Notes under the pieces: model-generated
Databases searched by the model: none
What the model was told of the DNA's origin: nothing
The model's input: only the letters and a program-made list of their open reading frames with translations
Shown: positions 1-8,967 of the stretch, piece by piece
Numbering within the stretch: position 1 is the stretch's first letter
How the letters are laid out: each line of letters opens with the position of its first letter
Translations under genes and position numbers: made by a program
From: Candidatus Eiseniibacteriota bacterium
GTDB lineage: Bacteria; Eisenbacteria; RBG-16-71-46; CAVPCR01
Direction of reading: 5' to 3'
Assembly (NCBI GenBank): GCA_963823555.1
Contig: CAWGMA010000001.1
Coordinates: 1,472,001-1,536,000 of the forward strand
Length of the DNA: 64,000 nt

Positions 1-3000
1 GCAGAGGGCCGCCGCCGGCCATGGCATGGGCCGCGCGGCGGTGGACCGCGGGGAAGAGCGTGCATTCGGCCGTTCCGGTCGGGTCGTCGAGGGTCAGGAA
101 CGACATGGTCTCTCCATGGCGTGTCGAGGTGCGCCGGCGTGCGGCGACGAGCCCGATCACGGCCGCCCGCTGTCCGATATGGGTGCCGATCTGCCCGGCG
201 CCCATCCATCGTGGTCCCCGTGGTGCGCCAGGGAGGCGAGCCACGGCAATCCCCAGCGTTCGTGCAGCCGCTGGATCGAGCGCCGAAGCCAGCTCCGGCG
301 CCTCCGCGAACAGAGGATGGGCGCGCGGCGAGAAGCCGAGTCCGGCCCACTCGGCGCGGAGGCATCGCCCGAGCGACAGCTCGCGCAGCGGCGGTGGCGG
401 CGCCTCGCCGGCGGATCCGGAGAAGAGCCCCGGTTCCACCGGATCGGTGGCGCGAATCGTGAGTGCTCGTGCTTCCCAGAGTAGCCGACTGCGCTCACAA
501 CCGAGATGGTCGAAGGCGCCGACTTGGATCAACGCCTCGATCTCGGGCGCGCTCGCGCGCACGCGCCGGCGGAAATCGGAGAGGGAGGAGAAAGGGCCGT
601 CGGCACTCCGCGCAGCAAGGATCGCCTCGAGCGTGGCCGTGCTCATGCCGGCGACGGCGCCGAGACCCGTGCGCACGGCCGGCGCCTCACCCTCCTCCCC
701 GACCTCGAGCGTGAACTCGGCGGCCGAGCGGTCCACCGACGGGAGCAGCACGCCCACACCGTGGCGGCGTGCGTCCTCGACGTGCACCCAGCGCGCGTAC
801 ATGCCCTGGTGATGGTTGAGCACGGCGCAAGCGAAGGGGGCGGGATGGTGCGCCTTCAAGAAGGCGCTCTGATAGGCCAGAAGACCGTACCCGGCGGCGT
901 GCGCCCGGGAGAAGCTATAGGCGGCGAACCGTGCCATCTCCTCCCAGACGGCGAGCGCCCGATCCGGCTCGACGCCCGCGCGGACCGCGCGAGCGACGAA
1001 GCCGTTCTTGACGAACTGCATCTCCTCGGTGCTCGCGGCCCCGGCGATGGCCCGGCGCAGCGAGTCGCCGGCCTCGAGATCGATCTCGGCGACCGCGGCG
1101 GCGATGCTCATCACGTCCTCCTCGTAGAGGGGGATCCCGTACGTTGCGGCGAGTACCGAGGCCAGCGCCGGATGCGCGGTCGCCACCGGTTCGAGACCCC
1201 GGGCGCGGCGGACGAAACGCTCCTTCATGCCCGAGGAGGCCGGACCGGGACGGATGAGGGACAGCGCATCCACCACCTCGCGCACCGAGCGAGGGGCGAG
1301 CATCACGAGCAAATGGCGCATCCCCGGCGACTCGATCTGAAAGCACCCGAGCGAGTCGCCCGCGGCCAGGAGCTCTGCGGTCGATTGATCGCGGTCGTGC
1401 GCGCGGTCGAGATCGATGGCGGCGCCCTCGGTCGAGCCCACGAGAGCCACCGCCTCGCCGAGCGTGGCCAGAGCCCGATTGCCGAGGAGGTCGATCTTCA
1501 CGAGGCCAATCGCCGCCACCGCCTCCATCTCGTACTGGGTCACGACGATGCCCTTGGTCGCGGACTCGAGCGGCACCAGATCGGCGAGTGGTCGGTCACC
1601 GATCACGATGCCGCCGGGGTGGATTCCCAGGTGGCGGGGCAACCCGTTGAGCCCTGCGGCGCCATCGAGGATCGAACGCCACGGTTCCTCGGTCCATGGC
1701 AGATCACGGAGACCGGGGAGCGATCGCGCCAGAGACGGGAGGTCCGACCCATCGTGGGGCAGGAAGCGGGCGAGGCCGTTCACGACATCAACCGGCACGC
1801 CGTGGGCGCGGGCCGCCTCGCGAAAGGCCGATCGCGGGTGGAAGAAGGTGTGGGTCGAGATCATGGCCACCCGCCCCTCACCATGGGTGCGATAGACGTG
1901 TTCGATCACCCGGTCGCGCCCGCGCCAGTCGAGGTCGATATCGAGATCGGGAAGATCGGCGCCCCGCGCGGCGGAGAGGAATCGTTCGAAGTGGAGGCGA
2001 TGCGCCAGCGGATCGACGTTGGTGATGCCGAGCACGTAGGCGACGATCGAGCTCGCTCCGGAACCGCGGCCGACCACGGCGAGACCCTCGCTGCGTGCGA
2101 AGTCGACGATGTCGCCGACGATGAGGAAGTACTCCGTGTAGCCGAGGCGAGCGATGACGTCGAGCTCCCGCATCAGCCGGTTGACGGGACGCGGGACCAG
2201 GGCGCCATACCGCTTGCGGATCCCGTCGAGACAACGCTCGAGGAGTGCCGTGTACGCGGTCTCCCCTCCCGCCAGCGCCGGCCGGGGAAAGATCGGCGTG
2301 CCCGGGGGTAGCTCGGCGCGGCAGTCGGCGGCGATCTCGCGGCCCCGCGCCAGGAGATCACTGGCCTCGGCCCCATAGCGGCGAGCGATCGCGTGCGGCG
2401 GTTCGGGCCTGCATCCCGGAGCGGGGAGCTCGGCGTCCGTCACCGCGGCGACCACGGCGCCTCGCCGCGCGGCGGCCAGGAGACGCGCGATCTCCACTTC
2501 GTGCGCCGAGGCATACGTCACCGCTGGAGCGGCCACGGCGGCGAGGCCAAGCCGCCGGGCCAGGGAACGGCCACGAGCCATGGCGGCGCGCTCGCCACCC
2601 CCGCCGAGCTCCACGAGAACGGCCAGCCGGTCCGGAGGCAGGCCGCCGCGTAGTGCCGCGAGCAGATCAGGATCCGCGGCCAGGATCCACACGTCCTCGT
2701 GCTCGCCGGCCAGCGCGGGCGCGAGCTTGAACGTCGGATCGAGGTGGCGCCGGGTGATGAGCCGGGTGAGTGTGCGATAGCCTGTCGCCGCGCGGGCGAG
2801 CACGATCGCCACACGATTCTCGCTGCCTGCCGCGCCCGCGCTCTCCGCTGGTTCGTCGAGCTCGACACCCAGGATCGGGGTCAGGCCGGCAGCGCGCGCC
2901 AGGCCGGCAAAGCGCACCGCAGCGTAGAGATTGTTGCGGTCGGTGAGCGCCATTGTGTCATGGCCGGCGGTGCGCACGGCGGCGATGAGCCGCTCGAGCG

Positions 3001-3064
3001 GCGCGGTCCCGCGCAGCAGCGAGTAGCTACTTCGTGAGCGAAGGGGTGCGCAGAACGAAGCCAT
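1..3064 (-). CDS. dnaE2: Error-prone DNA polymerase III alpha subunit (DnaE2/ImuC-like); 3' end runs off the window
   Basis: Not in the ORF track because there is no stop in the window. Manual translation from ATG 3064 gives MASFCAPLRSRSSYSLLRG...MALTDRNNLY (degenerate PHP domain), GRGSGASSIVAYVLGITNVDP...FERFL...PDLDIDL (catalytic core) and MSFLTLDDPTG (OB fold). Overlaps the dinB 3' end by 38 nt. Confidence 0.92.
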   Translation of the reverse strand, partial: MASFCAPLRSRSSYSLLRGTAPLERLIAAVRTAGHDTMALTDRNNLYAAVRFAGLARAAGLTPILGVELDEPAESAGAAGSENRVAIVLARAATGYRTLTRLITRRHLDPTFKLAPALAGEHEDVWILAADPDLLAALRGGLPPDRLAVLVELGGGGERAAMARGRSLARRLGLAAVAAPAVTYASAHEVEIARLLAAARRGAVVAAVTDAELPAPGCRPEPPHAIARRYGAEASDLLARGREIAADCRAELPPGTPIFPRPALAGGETAYTALLERCLDGIRKRYGALVPRPVNRLMRELDVIARLGYTEYFLIVGDIVDFARSEGLAVVGRGSGASSIVAYVLGITNVDPLAHRLHFERFLSAARGADLPDLDIDLDWRGRDRVIEHVYRTHGEGRVAMISTHTFFHPRSAFREAARAHGVPVDVVNGLARFLPHDGSDLPSLARSLPGLRDLPWTEEPWRSILDGAAGLNGLPRHLGIHPGGIVIGDRPLADLVPLESATKGIVVTQYEMEAVAAIGLVKIDLLGNRALATLGEAVALVGSTEGAAIDLDRAHDRDQSTAELLAAGDSLGCFQIESPGMRHLLVMLAPRSVREVVDALSLIRPGPASSGMKERFVRRARGLEPVATAHPALASVLAATYGIPLYEEDVMSIAAAVAEIDLEAGDSLRRAIAGAASTEEMQFVKNGFVARAVRAGVEPDRALAVWEEMARFAAYSFSRAHAAGYGLLAYQSAFLKAHHPAPFACAVLNHHQGMYARWVHVEDARRHGVGVLLPSVDRSAAEFTLEVGEEGEAPAVRTGLGAVAGMSTATLEAILAARSADGPFSSLSDFRRRVRASAPEIEALIQVGAFDHLGCERSRLLWEARALTIRATDPVEPGLFSGSAGEAPPPPLRELSLGRCLRAEWAGLGFSPRAHPLFAEAPELASALDPAAARTLGIAVARLPGAPRGPRWMGAGQIGTHIGQRAAVIGLVAARRRTSTRHGETMSFLTLDDPTGTAECTLFPAVHRRAAHAMAGGGPL

Positions 3065-4262
3065 AGCGATCGCGGGCATGTCCATCGAGAAGGGCCAGGG
3101 CACGGCCGGCGATGAGCGCGCCGTGCCCGAAGCGGTCGCGGACACGGTCGACGCTTCCGGTGAGATCCAGATCGCGACCGCCCAGCGCCGGGTCGAGGAG
3201 ATCGAGCTGCTCGCCGGCGGCGACGGTGAATCCCGAGAGCTCGATGCCGACCCGCCGGAGGGCGATTCGGCGCTGACTGAGACGCGCGAGCAGGTGCCGC
3301 GCCGAGTCGAGGAGGACGCGGTCCAGGGCGCTCGGCGCGGCGAGCGTGTGGTGCGCCTCCTGGCGGCGTTCGCCGTCCGGTTCGGTGCGCACGGCGAGCG
3401 CGCGCGCGACGAGTCCGAGTCGGCGCGTGGCCCGGGCCGCCCGCTCGACCAGGTAGCCGAGCATGGAGTCGACGAGCGCGGGATCGGCGGCAGGCGGATC
3501 GAAGCTGGTTTCGCGCGCGATCGAGCGCGGAACCTCGCGCGCCGTTACGGGGCGCGTGTCATGGCCCAGGGCTCGCTCATGGAGGACACGGCCGGAGGCT
3601 CCGAGCAGGCGCGCGAGCGCGTCGGCGCCCATGGCGGCGACGTCGGCGACGGTCTCGAGCCCCAGCGATTCGAGCACTCCGGCCGTGTGCGGGCCGATCC
3701 CGGGAAGGTCGCCGAGAGGGCGGCCGCGGAGATAGGCGATCTCCTCTCCAGGCGGCACCTGGGAGAGGCCATCGGGCTTGGCGCTCCGGCTCGCAAGGCG
3801 CGCGATCATGCGGTTCGAGCCGATCCCGATGGTGACGGTGAGACCGGTCCTGGCGCGGACACGCTCGCGCAGCGTCGCACCGAATGCGGCGAGATCCGGG
3901 TAGAGGCGTTCGGTGCCGGTCAGGTCGAGGTAGGCGTCGTCGAGGTAGCTGTCGACCGCCGGGGCGAGATCGCGGCAAATGGCGAAGACGCGGGCGGCGA
4001 ATGCCTGATAGGTCGGCGCGTGGCCGGCGAGGATGACCGCCCGCGGGCAGCGGCGGCGGGCCTCGCGGAGCGGCATGCCGGCGCCGAGGCCGAGGCGGCG
4101 CGCTTCGTAGGAACAGCTGGCGATGACTCCGGTGCCGACGATCACCGGCCGGCCGCGCAGGCGCGGGTTCTTGAGCTGCTCCACCGCGGCGAAGAAGGCG
4201 TCGATGTCGAGATGAACGATGCGGCGGACGCTCGCAGTGGGCTGGGAACGGTGGATGCTCAT
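3027..4262 (-). CDS. dinB: Y-family DNA polymerase IV (DinB-like)
   Basis: Motifs HLDIDAFFA, SYEAR, SYLDDAYLD, KPDG and LPGIG; QLDLL clamp-binding motif; C-terminal DRVRDRFG (RecA-NT-like motif). Confidence 0.93.
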   Translation of the reverse strand: MSIHRSQPTASVRRIVHLDIDAFFAAVEQLKNPRLRGRPVIVGTGVIASCSYEARRLGLGAGMPLREARRRCPRAVILAGHAPTYQAFAARVFAICRDLAPAVDSYLDDAYLDLTGTERLYPDLAAFGATLRERVRARTGLTVTIGIGSNRMIARLASRSAKPDGLSQVPPGEEIAYLRGRPLGDLPGIGPHTAGVLESLGLETVADVAAMGADALARLLGASGRVLHERALGHDTRPVTAREVPRSIARETSFDPPAADPALVDSMLGYLVERAARATRRLGLVARALAVRTEPDGERRQEAHHTLAAPSALDRVLLDSARHLLARLSQRRIALRRVGIELSGFTVAAGEQLDLLDPALGGRDLDLTGSVDRVRDRFGHGALIAGRALALLDGHARDRYGFVLRTPSLTK

Positions 4263-4513
4263 GCTTCCATCATGACCGAGTCGAGGTACCAGAGCAGATC
4301 GCCGGCGCGGAAGTGGAGCTGGTACACGTCACCCGAGGCCACGCTCACCGAGAAGTAGTGGATCTTCTGCTGTCCCTCTCGATCCTCCCAGCGCGCGTTC
4401 ACCGCGACGACGCGATGGGAGACGGCGCCGCGGCGAAACAAGAGGGGCTGGATCACGCCGCCCTGGAAGTCGGCGCGTACCTTGACCGGCTCATCGAGTC
4501 GCTCGATCAGCAT
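4259..4513 (-). CDS. Small 84-aa protein resembling a stand-alone ImuB C-terminal (DUF6504-like) domain
   Basis: Pattern P..F.R....HRV......W.......HYF.V....G..YQL.......W; ATGA overlap with the dinB start. Confidence 0.65.
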   Translation of the reverse strand: MLIERLDEPVKVRADFQGGVIQPLLFRRGAVSHRVVAVNARWEDREGQQKIHYFSVSVASGDVYQLHFRAGDLLWYLDSVMMEA

Positions 4514-4656
4514 CGCTTACCCCCGGGTATGGCGGCCGCCCGGGCCGCCGCCTTAGCGGTGCCGGGCGGGTCCGGTGTCGGATCGAGGTCGCTTGTCGGG
4601 TGAGGGTGCGCGGGGGACGACGCGCCGGCAGACACCCGCCGGGGGGGAACAAGCCC

Positions 4657-4685
4657 ATTATCCATCCATATGTTTAGTGCTGCAA
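4657..4685 (-). promoter_or_regulatory. Sigma70-type promoter for the mutagenesis cassette
   Basis: TTGCAG-N17-GATAAT on the minus strand, within an AT-rich patch. Confidence 0.55.
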
Positions 4686-4826
4686 GCGGGATTTCAGCCC
4701 CGGGTGGTTGGGATGGACTTCTCGCTCCCCTGCCCCATTCCGAGATCAAGACCGCTCCCCCACCGGCCGATCCAGGAGGGAGAGCCCCCATTCCGCGGAC
4801 CCCTGGCCCGCAAAGGAGGTCACCAC

Positions 4827-5660
4827 ATGAAGCCCGGCCAGCCGGTCATGATCGCCCCCGGGACGGGGGATGACTTCACCCCGCAGAGCGCACGCGTTGC
4901 CCTGGTTGCCGACGGGGAAGTCGTGCTCCAGCTGGATGAGCCGCGGGCGGACCGCTTCGTCGTGCAGTCCGGGCTCAACCTCCGCTACCGGGACGAGGCC
5001 GGAGATCACGCGGTGACGGCTCGGGTCGTTGCCGCCCAGGGCACCGGGCGGCTCCGGGTCGCTCTTCCCGTCGAGGGCGCGGGTCCGGCCGAGGAACGCC
5101 GCCACGTTCGCGTCGAGCATCTCCTGCGCATGGAGTACCAGGTCATTGCCGGGCAGGAGATCGAGGAGTTGCGGGCCCAGGTGCTCGACGGACCGCGCAT
5201 CCTCAAGTACGAGTGGTCGCCCGGACTTCCCAGGCAAACCGCCGGCGCCGAGAACGAGCCGGTCGACCCCGAGTGGATCGAAACGCCCGACAACGAGCGC
5301 CTCACTCGCATCGAGCGCAAGCTCGATCTGCTCCTCGAGCGACTCGGTGTGGAGTCGCCCCGGTCCAGTGAGCGGCCATTCTTCAACGTCAGCCTGTCGG
5401 CGAGCGGCCTTCGCTTCCGGGACTTCCAGCGCCGCTGCCAGACCGGCGATGTCGTCTATGTCTCCCTCGAGCTCCCGCTCAATCCCACCGTCGAGGTATG
5501 CGCGATCGCGGAGACCCTCCATGTCGTCGAGGATCTCCGGCAATGGAACCTGTCCACCGGTCGCGATGTCGTGCTCGAGTTCCGCGTCATCAAGGATGAA
5601 TCGCGTGATCTGATCGAGCGCTACTGCCAGCAGTTCCAGTCGATCCAGCGCACCGCGTAG
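4827..5660 (+). CDS. PilZ-domain (c-di-GMP-binding) protein
   Basis: RBS AAGGAGGT before ATG 4827; RRHVR (RxxxR) and SLSASG motifs; internal coiled coil (LTRIERKLDLLL). Confidence 0.75.
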   Translation: MKPGQPVMIAPGTGDDFTPQSARVALVADGEVVLQLDEPRADRFVVQSGLNLRYRDEAGDHAVTARVVAAQGTGRLRVALPVEGAGPAEERRHVRVEHLLRMEYQVIAGQEIEELRAQVLDGPRILKYEWSPGLPRQTAGAENEPVDPEWIETPDNERLTRIERKLDLLLERLGVESPRSSERPFFNVSLSASGLRFRDFQRRCQTGDVVYVSLELPLNPTVEVCAIAETLHVVEDLRQWNLSTGRDVVLEFRVIKDESRDLIERYCQQFQSIQRTA

Positions 5661-5715
5661 GCGGAGATAGCCCGCGCGACGCCGGCACTCCCAGTCGCTC
5701 GCGCTCGCCCTGGGG

Positions 5716-6363
5716 TCAGGGAATGCCGAGCAGCTTGTGGGTCTGCAGACTGAGCCGCCATTCCGGATGCTTGAGGCAGTAGTCGAGAGCGAGCCGCGTG
5801 TTGCCCTCCCGCTCCGGGCCGTCGATGGGCTGCAGGTAGCGGTGGTCGAAGGCCAGGCTGGCGAGGGCCTCTGGTTCGAGGCTGCGCTGCGGATAGGCGA
5901 GCTTGAGCTCCGCTCCGGCCCTGAGCACGAGAGCGGCACCGGCCTTGGGGCTGACGGTGAGCCAGTCGATGCCGGGCGGCGCGGGCAGCGTCCCGTTGGT
6001 TTCCACCGCGACCTCGAATCCGGCCGCATGGCACGCGGTGACGAGGTCGGCGTCGAGCTGGAGAAGCGGCTCTCCTCCGGTGAAGACAACGTACGGTCGG
6101 GCCCCTTGGCTCGCCGCGGCCGGACGCCAGGCGGCGCGGATCCTCAGGGCCAGGGCGGCGGCATCGGCGAAGACTCCGCCACCCGGACCATCGGTGCCGA
6201 CGAACTGGGTGTCGCAGAAGGCGCACGGGGCGCCGGCGCGATCGGCCTCGCGTCCGGTCCACAGATTGCAGCCGGCGAAGCGACAGAAGACCGCCGCGCG
6301 GCCGGCCCTGGCGCCCTCGCCCTGCAGGGTGTAGACGATCTCCTTGATGCCGTAGCGGGCCAT
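5716..6363 (-). CDS. queE: 7-carboxy-7-deazaguanine synthase (radical SAM, Cx14Cx2C type)
   Basis: TLQGEG, CNLW..(14)..CAFCDT, TGGEPLLQ, ETNG, VSPK, WRLSLQTHK. Confidence 0.95.
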   Translation of the reverse strand: MARYGIKEIVYTLQGEGARAGRAAVFCRFAGCNLWTGREADRAGAPCAFCDTQFVGTDGPGGGVFADAAALALRIRAAWRPAAASQGARPYVVFTGGEPLLQLDADLVTACHAAGFEVAVETNGTLPAPPGIDWLTVSPKAGAALVLRAGAELKLAYPQRSLEPEALASLAFDHRYLQPIDGPEREGNTRLALDYCLKHPEWRLSLQTHKLLGIP

Positions 6364-6410
6364 GAGCGCGCCTCTTCCTTCTCCCCTACGTTCTCCGTCG
6401 TGACGTTCGG

Positions 6411-7505
6411 CTACGGTATGAGCACGACCTTCCCGCAGTCGCGGTCGACCGAGGTCATCATCTCGACGGCGTGTTCCACCTGCTCGAGCGGCAAGCGATG
6501 GGTGATGACCGGCGCGGGATCGAACGCACCTGATTCGAGGAGCCCGGCCATCTGCACCCAGGTGTCGAACATCAGGCGGCCGTTGATGCCGACGATGCGC
6601 GCACCCTTGAAGATGATGTCGCGAGCCAGGTCGATCTCGACCGCGCCGGGAGGAATGCCGAAAGCGGTGAAACGACCACCCTTGGTCAATATCTCGAGGC
6701 CCTGGCGAATGGCCTCGCGAGCCCCGCTCATCTCGAGCACGACATCGGCTCCTTCGCCTTGGGTGAGGTCGCGGATGGCCGCCACGGCGTCGACCTGGTC
6801 GACATGCAGCACGGCATCAGCGCCCATGGCCTCGGCCAGGCGCCGCGAGTATTCCTGCTTGATGGTCATGATGACCTGCCGCGCGCCCGAGGCCCTGGCG
6901 ATACCGATCGACCACAGCCCGATGGGACCGCCACCGAGGACCACGACGCGCTTGCCCACGACCGGCTCGGCGAGCGTCGCGTAGACCGCGTTCCCGAGCG
7001 GCTCCATGATGGACGCGATCTCCGGCTTCATGTCGGGGGGGTTCTTCCAGGCGCAGATGGCCGGCAGCGCCACGTACTCGGCGAAGCAACCGTTGATGTC
7101 CACTCCCAGGATCTTCAGATTGGCACAGATGTGACGCTGCCCGGTGCGGCACTGCGGGCACATCTCGCACGGGATGTGACTCTCGGCGGAAACCAGGTCA
7201 CCGACAGCAAGACCGTTCACGTCTCGCCCGACCTCGACAATGGTGCCACACAGCTCGTGGCCGACGATGAGCGGCGGATTGAGCCGGTGTGAAGCCCAGT
7301 AATCCCAGGCATGAATGTGCGTGTCGGTGCCGCAAACCGATGTGGCGCGGACCTGGATCAGGATTTCTCGGGAGCCGATCGCCGGAATCGGCGCCGTCCC
7401 GATCTCGAAGCCAGGGGCTGCCTTCCGCTTCCATATCGCCCGCATGGTCCCACGCGTGTCGGCCCGGCCTCTCTTCTGCTGTGTCGTCGTTCCTGTTGTG
7501 ACCAT
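6411..7505 (-). CDS. tdh: L-threonine 3-dehydrogenase
   Basis: Zn-dependent MDR motifs CGTD, GHE and CxxCxxC...C; AESHIPC; LEMSG; GINGRLMFDTW. Start may be ATG 7445. Confidence 0.9.
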   Translation of the reverse strand: MVTTGTTTQQKRGRADTRGTMRAIWKRKAAPGFEIGTAPIPAIGSREILIQVRATSVCGTDTHIHAWDYWASHRLNPPLIVGHELCGTIVEVGRDVNGLAVGDLVSAESHIPCEMCPQCRTGQRHICANLKILGVDINGCFAEYVALPAICAWKNPPDMKPEIASIMEPLGNAVYATLAEPVVGKRVVVLGGGPIGLWSIGIARASGARQVIMTIKQEYSRRLAEAMGADAVLHVDQVDAVAAIRDLTQGEGADVVLEMSGAREAIRQGLEILTKGGRFTAFGIPPGAVEIDLARDIIFKGARIVGINGRLMFDTWVQMAGLLESGAFDPAPVITHRLPLEQVEHAVEMMTSVDRDCGKVVLIP

Positions 7506-7579
7506 GGCGCTCGTCCCCCCTCATCGTTCCCACCCGGCGGCCGGTTCGGCTCCTGCAAGGCCCAGTTGGGCAGCCTCGG

Positions 7580-7609
7580 ATGATCCCACTGGCTCCCCAT
7601 GGGTGTCAA
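7580..7609 (-). promoter_or_regulatory. Putative sigma70 promoter for tdh-queE
   Basis: TTGACA-N18-GATCAT on the minus strand. Confidence 0.4.
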
Positions 7610-7658
7610 GGTAACGGCATGCTGGCGGCGCCGACGTGGCGACCGAGCGGAAGGTCTG

Positions 7659-8933
7659 TCACTCCGGAACGCGCGAGACCGGCACGATCTCGCGCACGCC
7701 GAACGCCAACCCCAGACGGTAGAAGCGCTCGCTTGCTCCGTTTCGCTCGCGGTCACCGCGGAAGCCGAGCTCGAAGGCGACCTGAGCGATGCCTCCACCC
7801 GTGCCGCCGATCGGGAGGCCGGCCCCGACGCTGAAGACGTGGTCCCTGATGTCCTCGCCGTATCCATCGCGGAAGTGCCAGGGGGTCGTGGAGTATCCCG
7901 CGCGCAGCGGCATCCGGCGGCGAAAACCGAACGCTTCCGGGGACCGGTCACCCTGGTACTCGATGCCGATCCCGAAGCGGGTCACGTCTCGGGTCTCGAT
8001 GTTCGTGCGGTGAATCAGGGGATCATCGCCCGTCGTGAGTTCGGTCCCGCCCCACCAGGTGCGCGTCACGTCGGCGGCGACGCGCACCTGATCGGTCAGA
8101 TCGCCACAAACGCCGAGGGCGAGGGATGTGGGCAGATGCAGCTCCGACTCCTGCAGGATCTGCGGATCGTCTACGCTGCCACGGATCTCGGTACGCGTTC
8201 CGACATTGCGGCCGAGCGTCAGGGCACCGCCTGCTCGCAGTCGGCGATGCGGGTTGCCGGCTACCCCGAGGCGCAGGATGAGGCTGCGGTCGATGTTGAC
8301 GACGAGCGAATCGTTGGTGTCGACGAAGTTGGGATCGGCGAACCGAGTCTCGTAGATGTCGGCGTAGGATCCAATCGGCAGATCGAGATCGACTCCGAAA
8401 TCGAGCCGCGGCTGAAGCCGCCGGGCGAACGTGAAGGTCACCATGCTGAGACCATCCTCGCCACGAAAGACCTGCCGGACCAGGGATCCTGTCGATGTAT
8501 CGAGATTGATGAACTCGTAGTCGACGACCGCCCAGGGCTCGACCCCGAAGCCCAGAGTACCTGCTTTCGGCACGTCGACCGCGAGGCGCAGCAAGGGAAA
8601 GGTCGTGGACTTTCCCGTGTAGTCGCCTCCCGAGCGATCGCTGATGCTCCGGCGCTCGCCCATGATCTCCCCGTGCAGGATGAAACCCCGGGTCTGCGCC
8701 AGGATGGCGGGGTTGGCAGGGCTCATGTTCCAGGGATCGGGTACGGCGATCGAGGTACCACCCATACCCCGACCCCGCATATCGGTCGGAGTCACGATCT
8801 CGCCGAGCCCCTGGGCCGAGAACACGGAATCGGCCCTGACGGGTGGCGCCAGGATCAAGACCAGAGCCAGCGTGGCGACCCGCGCCGCGTTCATGTTGCG
8901 TGCCGGGGACCTACCCTTCGCGCCGGCGAGCAT
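7659..8933 (-). CDS. Outer-membrane beta-barrel protein (FadL/PorV-like superfamily)
   Basis: Signal peptide; SVFSAQGLG...RGRGMGG...NPA N-terminal hatch motif; alternating beta strands; RBS AAGGAG before ATG 8933. Confidence 0.75.
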   Translation of the reverse strand: MLAGAKGRSPARNMNAARVATLALVLILAPPVRADSVFSAQGLGEIVTPTDMRGRGMGGTSIAVPDPWNMSPANPAILAQTRGFILHGEIMGERRSISDRSGGDYTGKSTTFPLLRLAVDVPKAGTLGFGVEPWAVVDYEFINLDTSTGSLVRQVFRGEDGLSMVTFTFARRLQPRLDFGVDLDLPIGSYADIYETRFADPNFVDTNDSLVVNIDRSLILRLGVAGNPHRRLRAGGALTLGRNVGTRTEIRGSVDDPQILQESELHLPTSLALGVCGDLTDQVRVAADVTRTWWGGTELTTGDDPLIHRTNIETRDVTRFGIGIEYQGDRSPEAFGFRRRMPLRAGYSTTPWHFRDGYGEDIRDHVFSVGAGLPIGGTGGGIAQVAFELGFRGDRERNGASERFYRLGLAFGVREIVPVSRVPE

Positions 8934-8967
8934 GGTGGGCTTCTCTCCTTCCACCGTTCTCTGGCTC

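Noticed and set aside
506..2311. 601-aa plus-strand ORF and many other long antisense ORFs (e.g. 15842-17761, 49198-51249, 60965-63802)
   Set aside because: Shadow frames of real genes in high-GC DNA; no recognisable motifs.
5716..6363. queE as part of a 7-deazaguanine DNA-modification (dpd) island
   Set aside because: No dpdA/tgt, queC or queD nearby; it looks like a housekeeping gene behind tdh.
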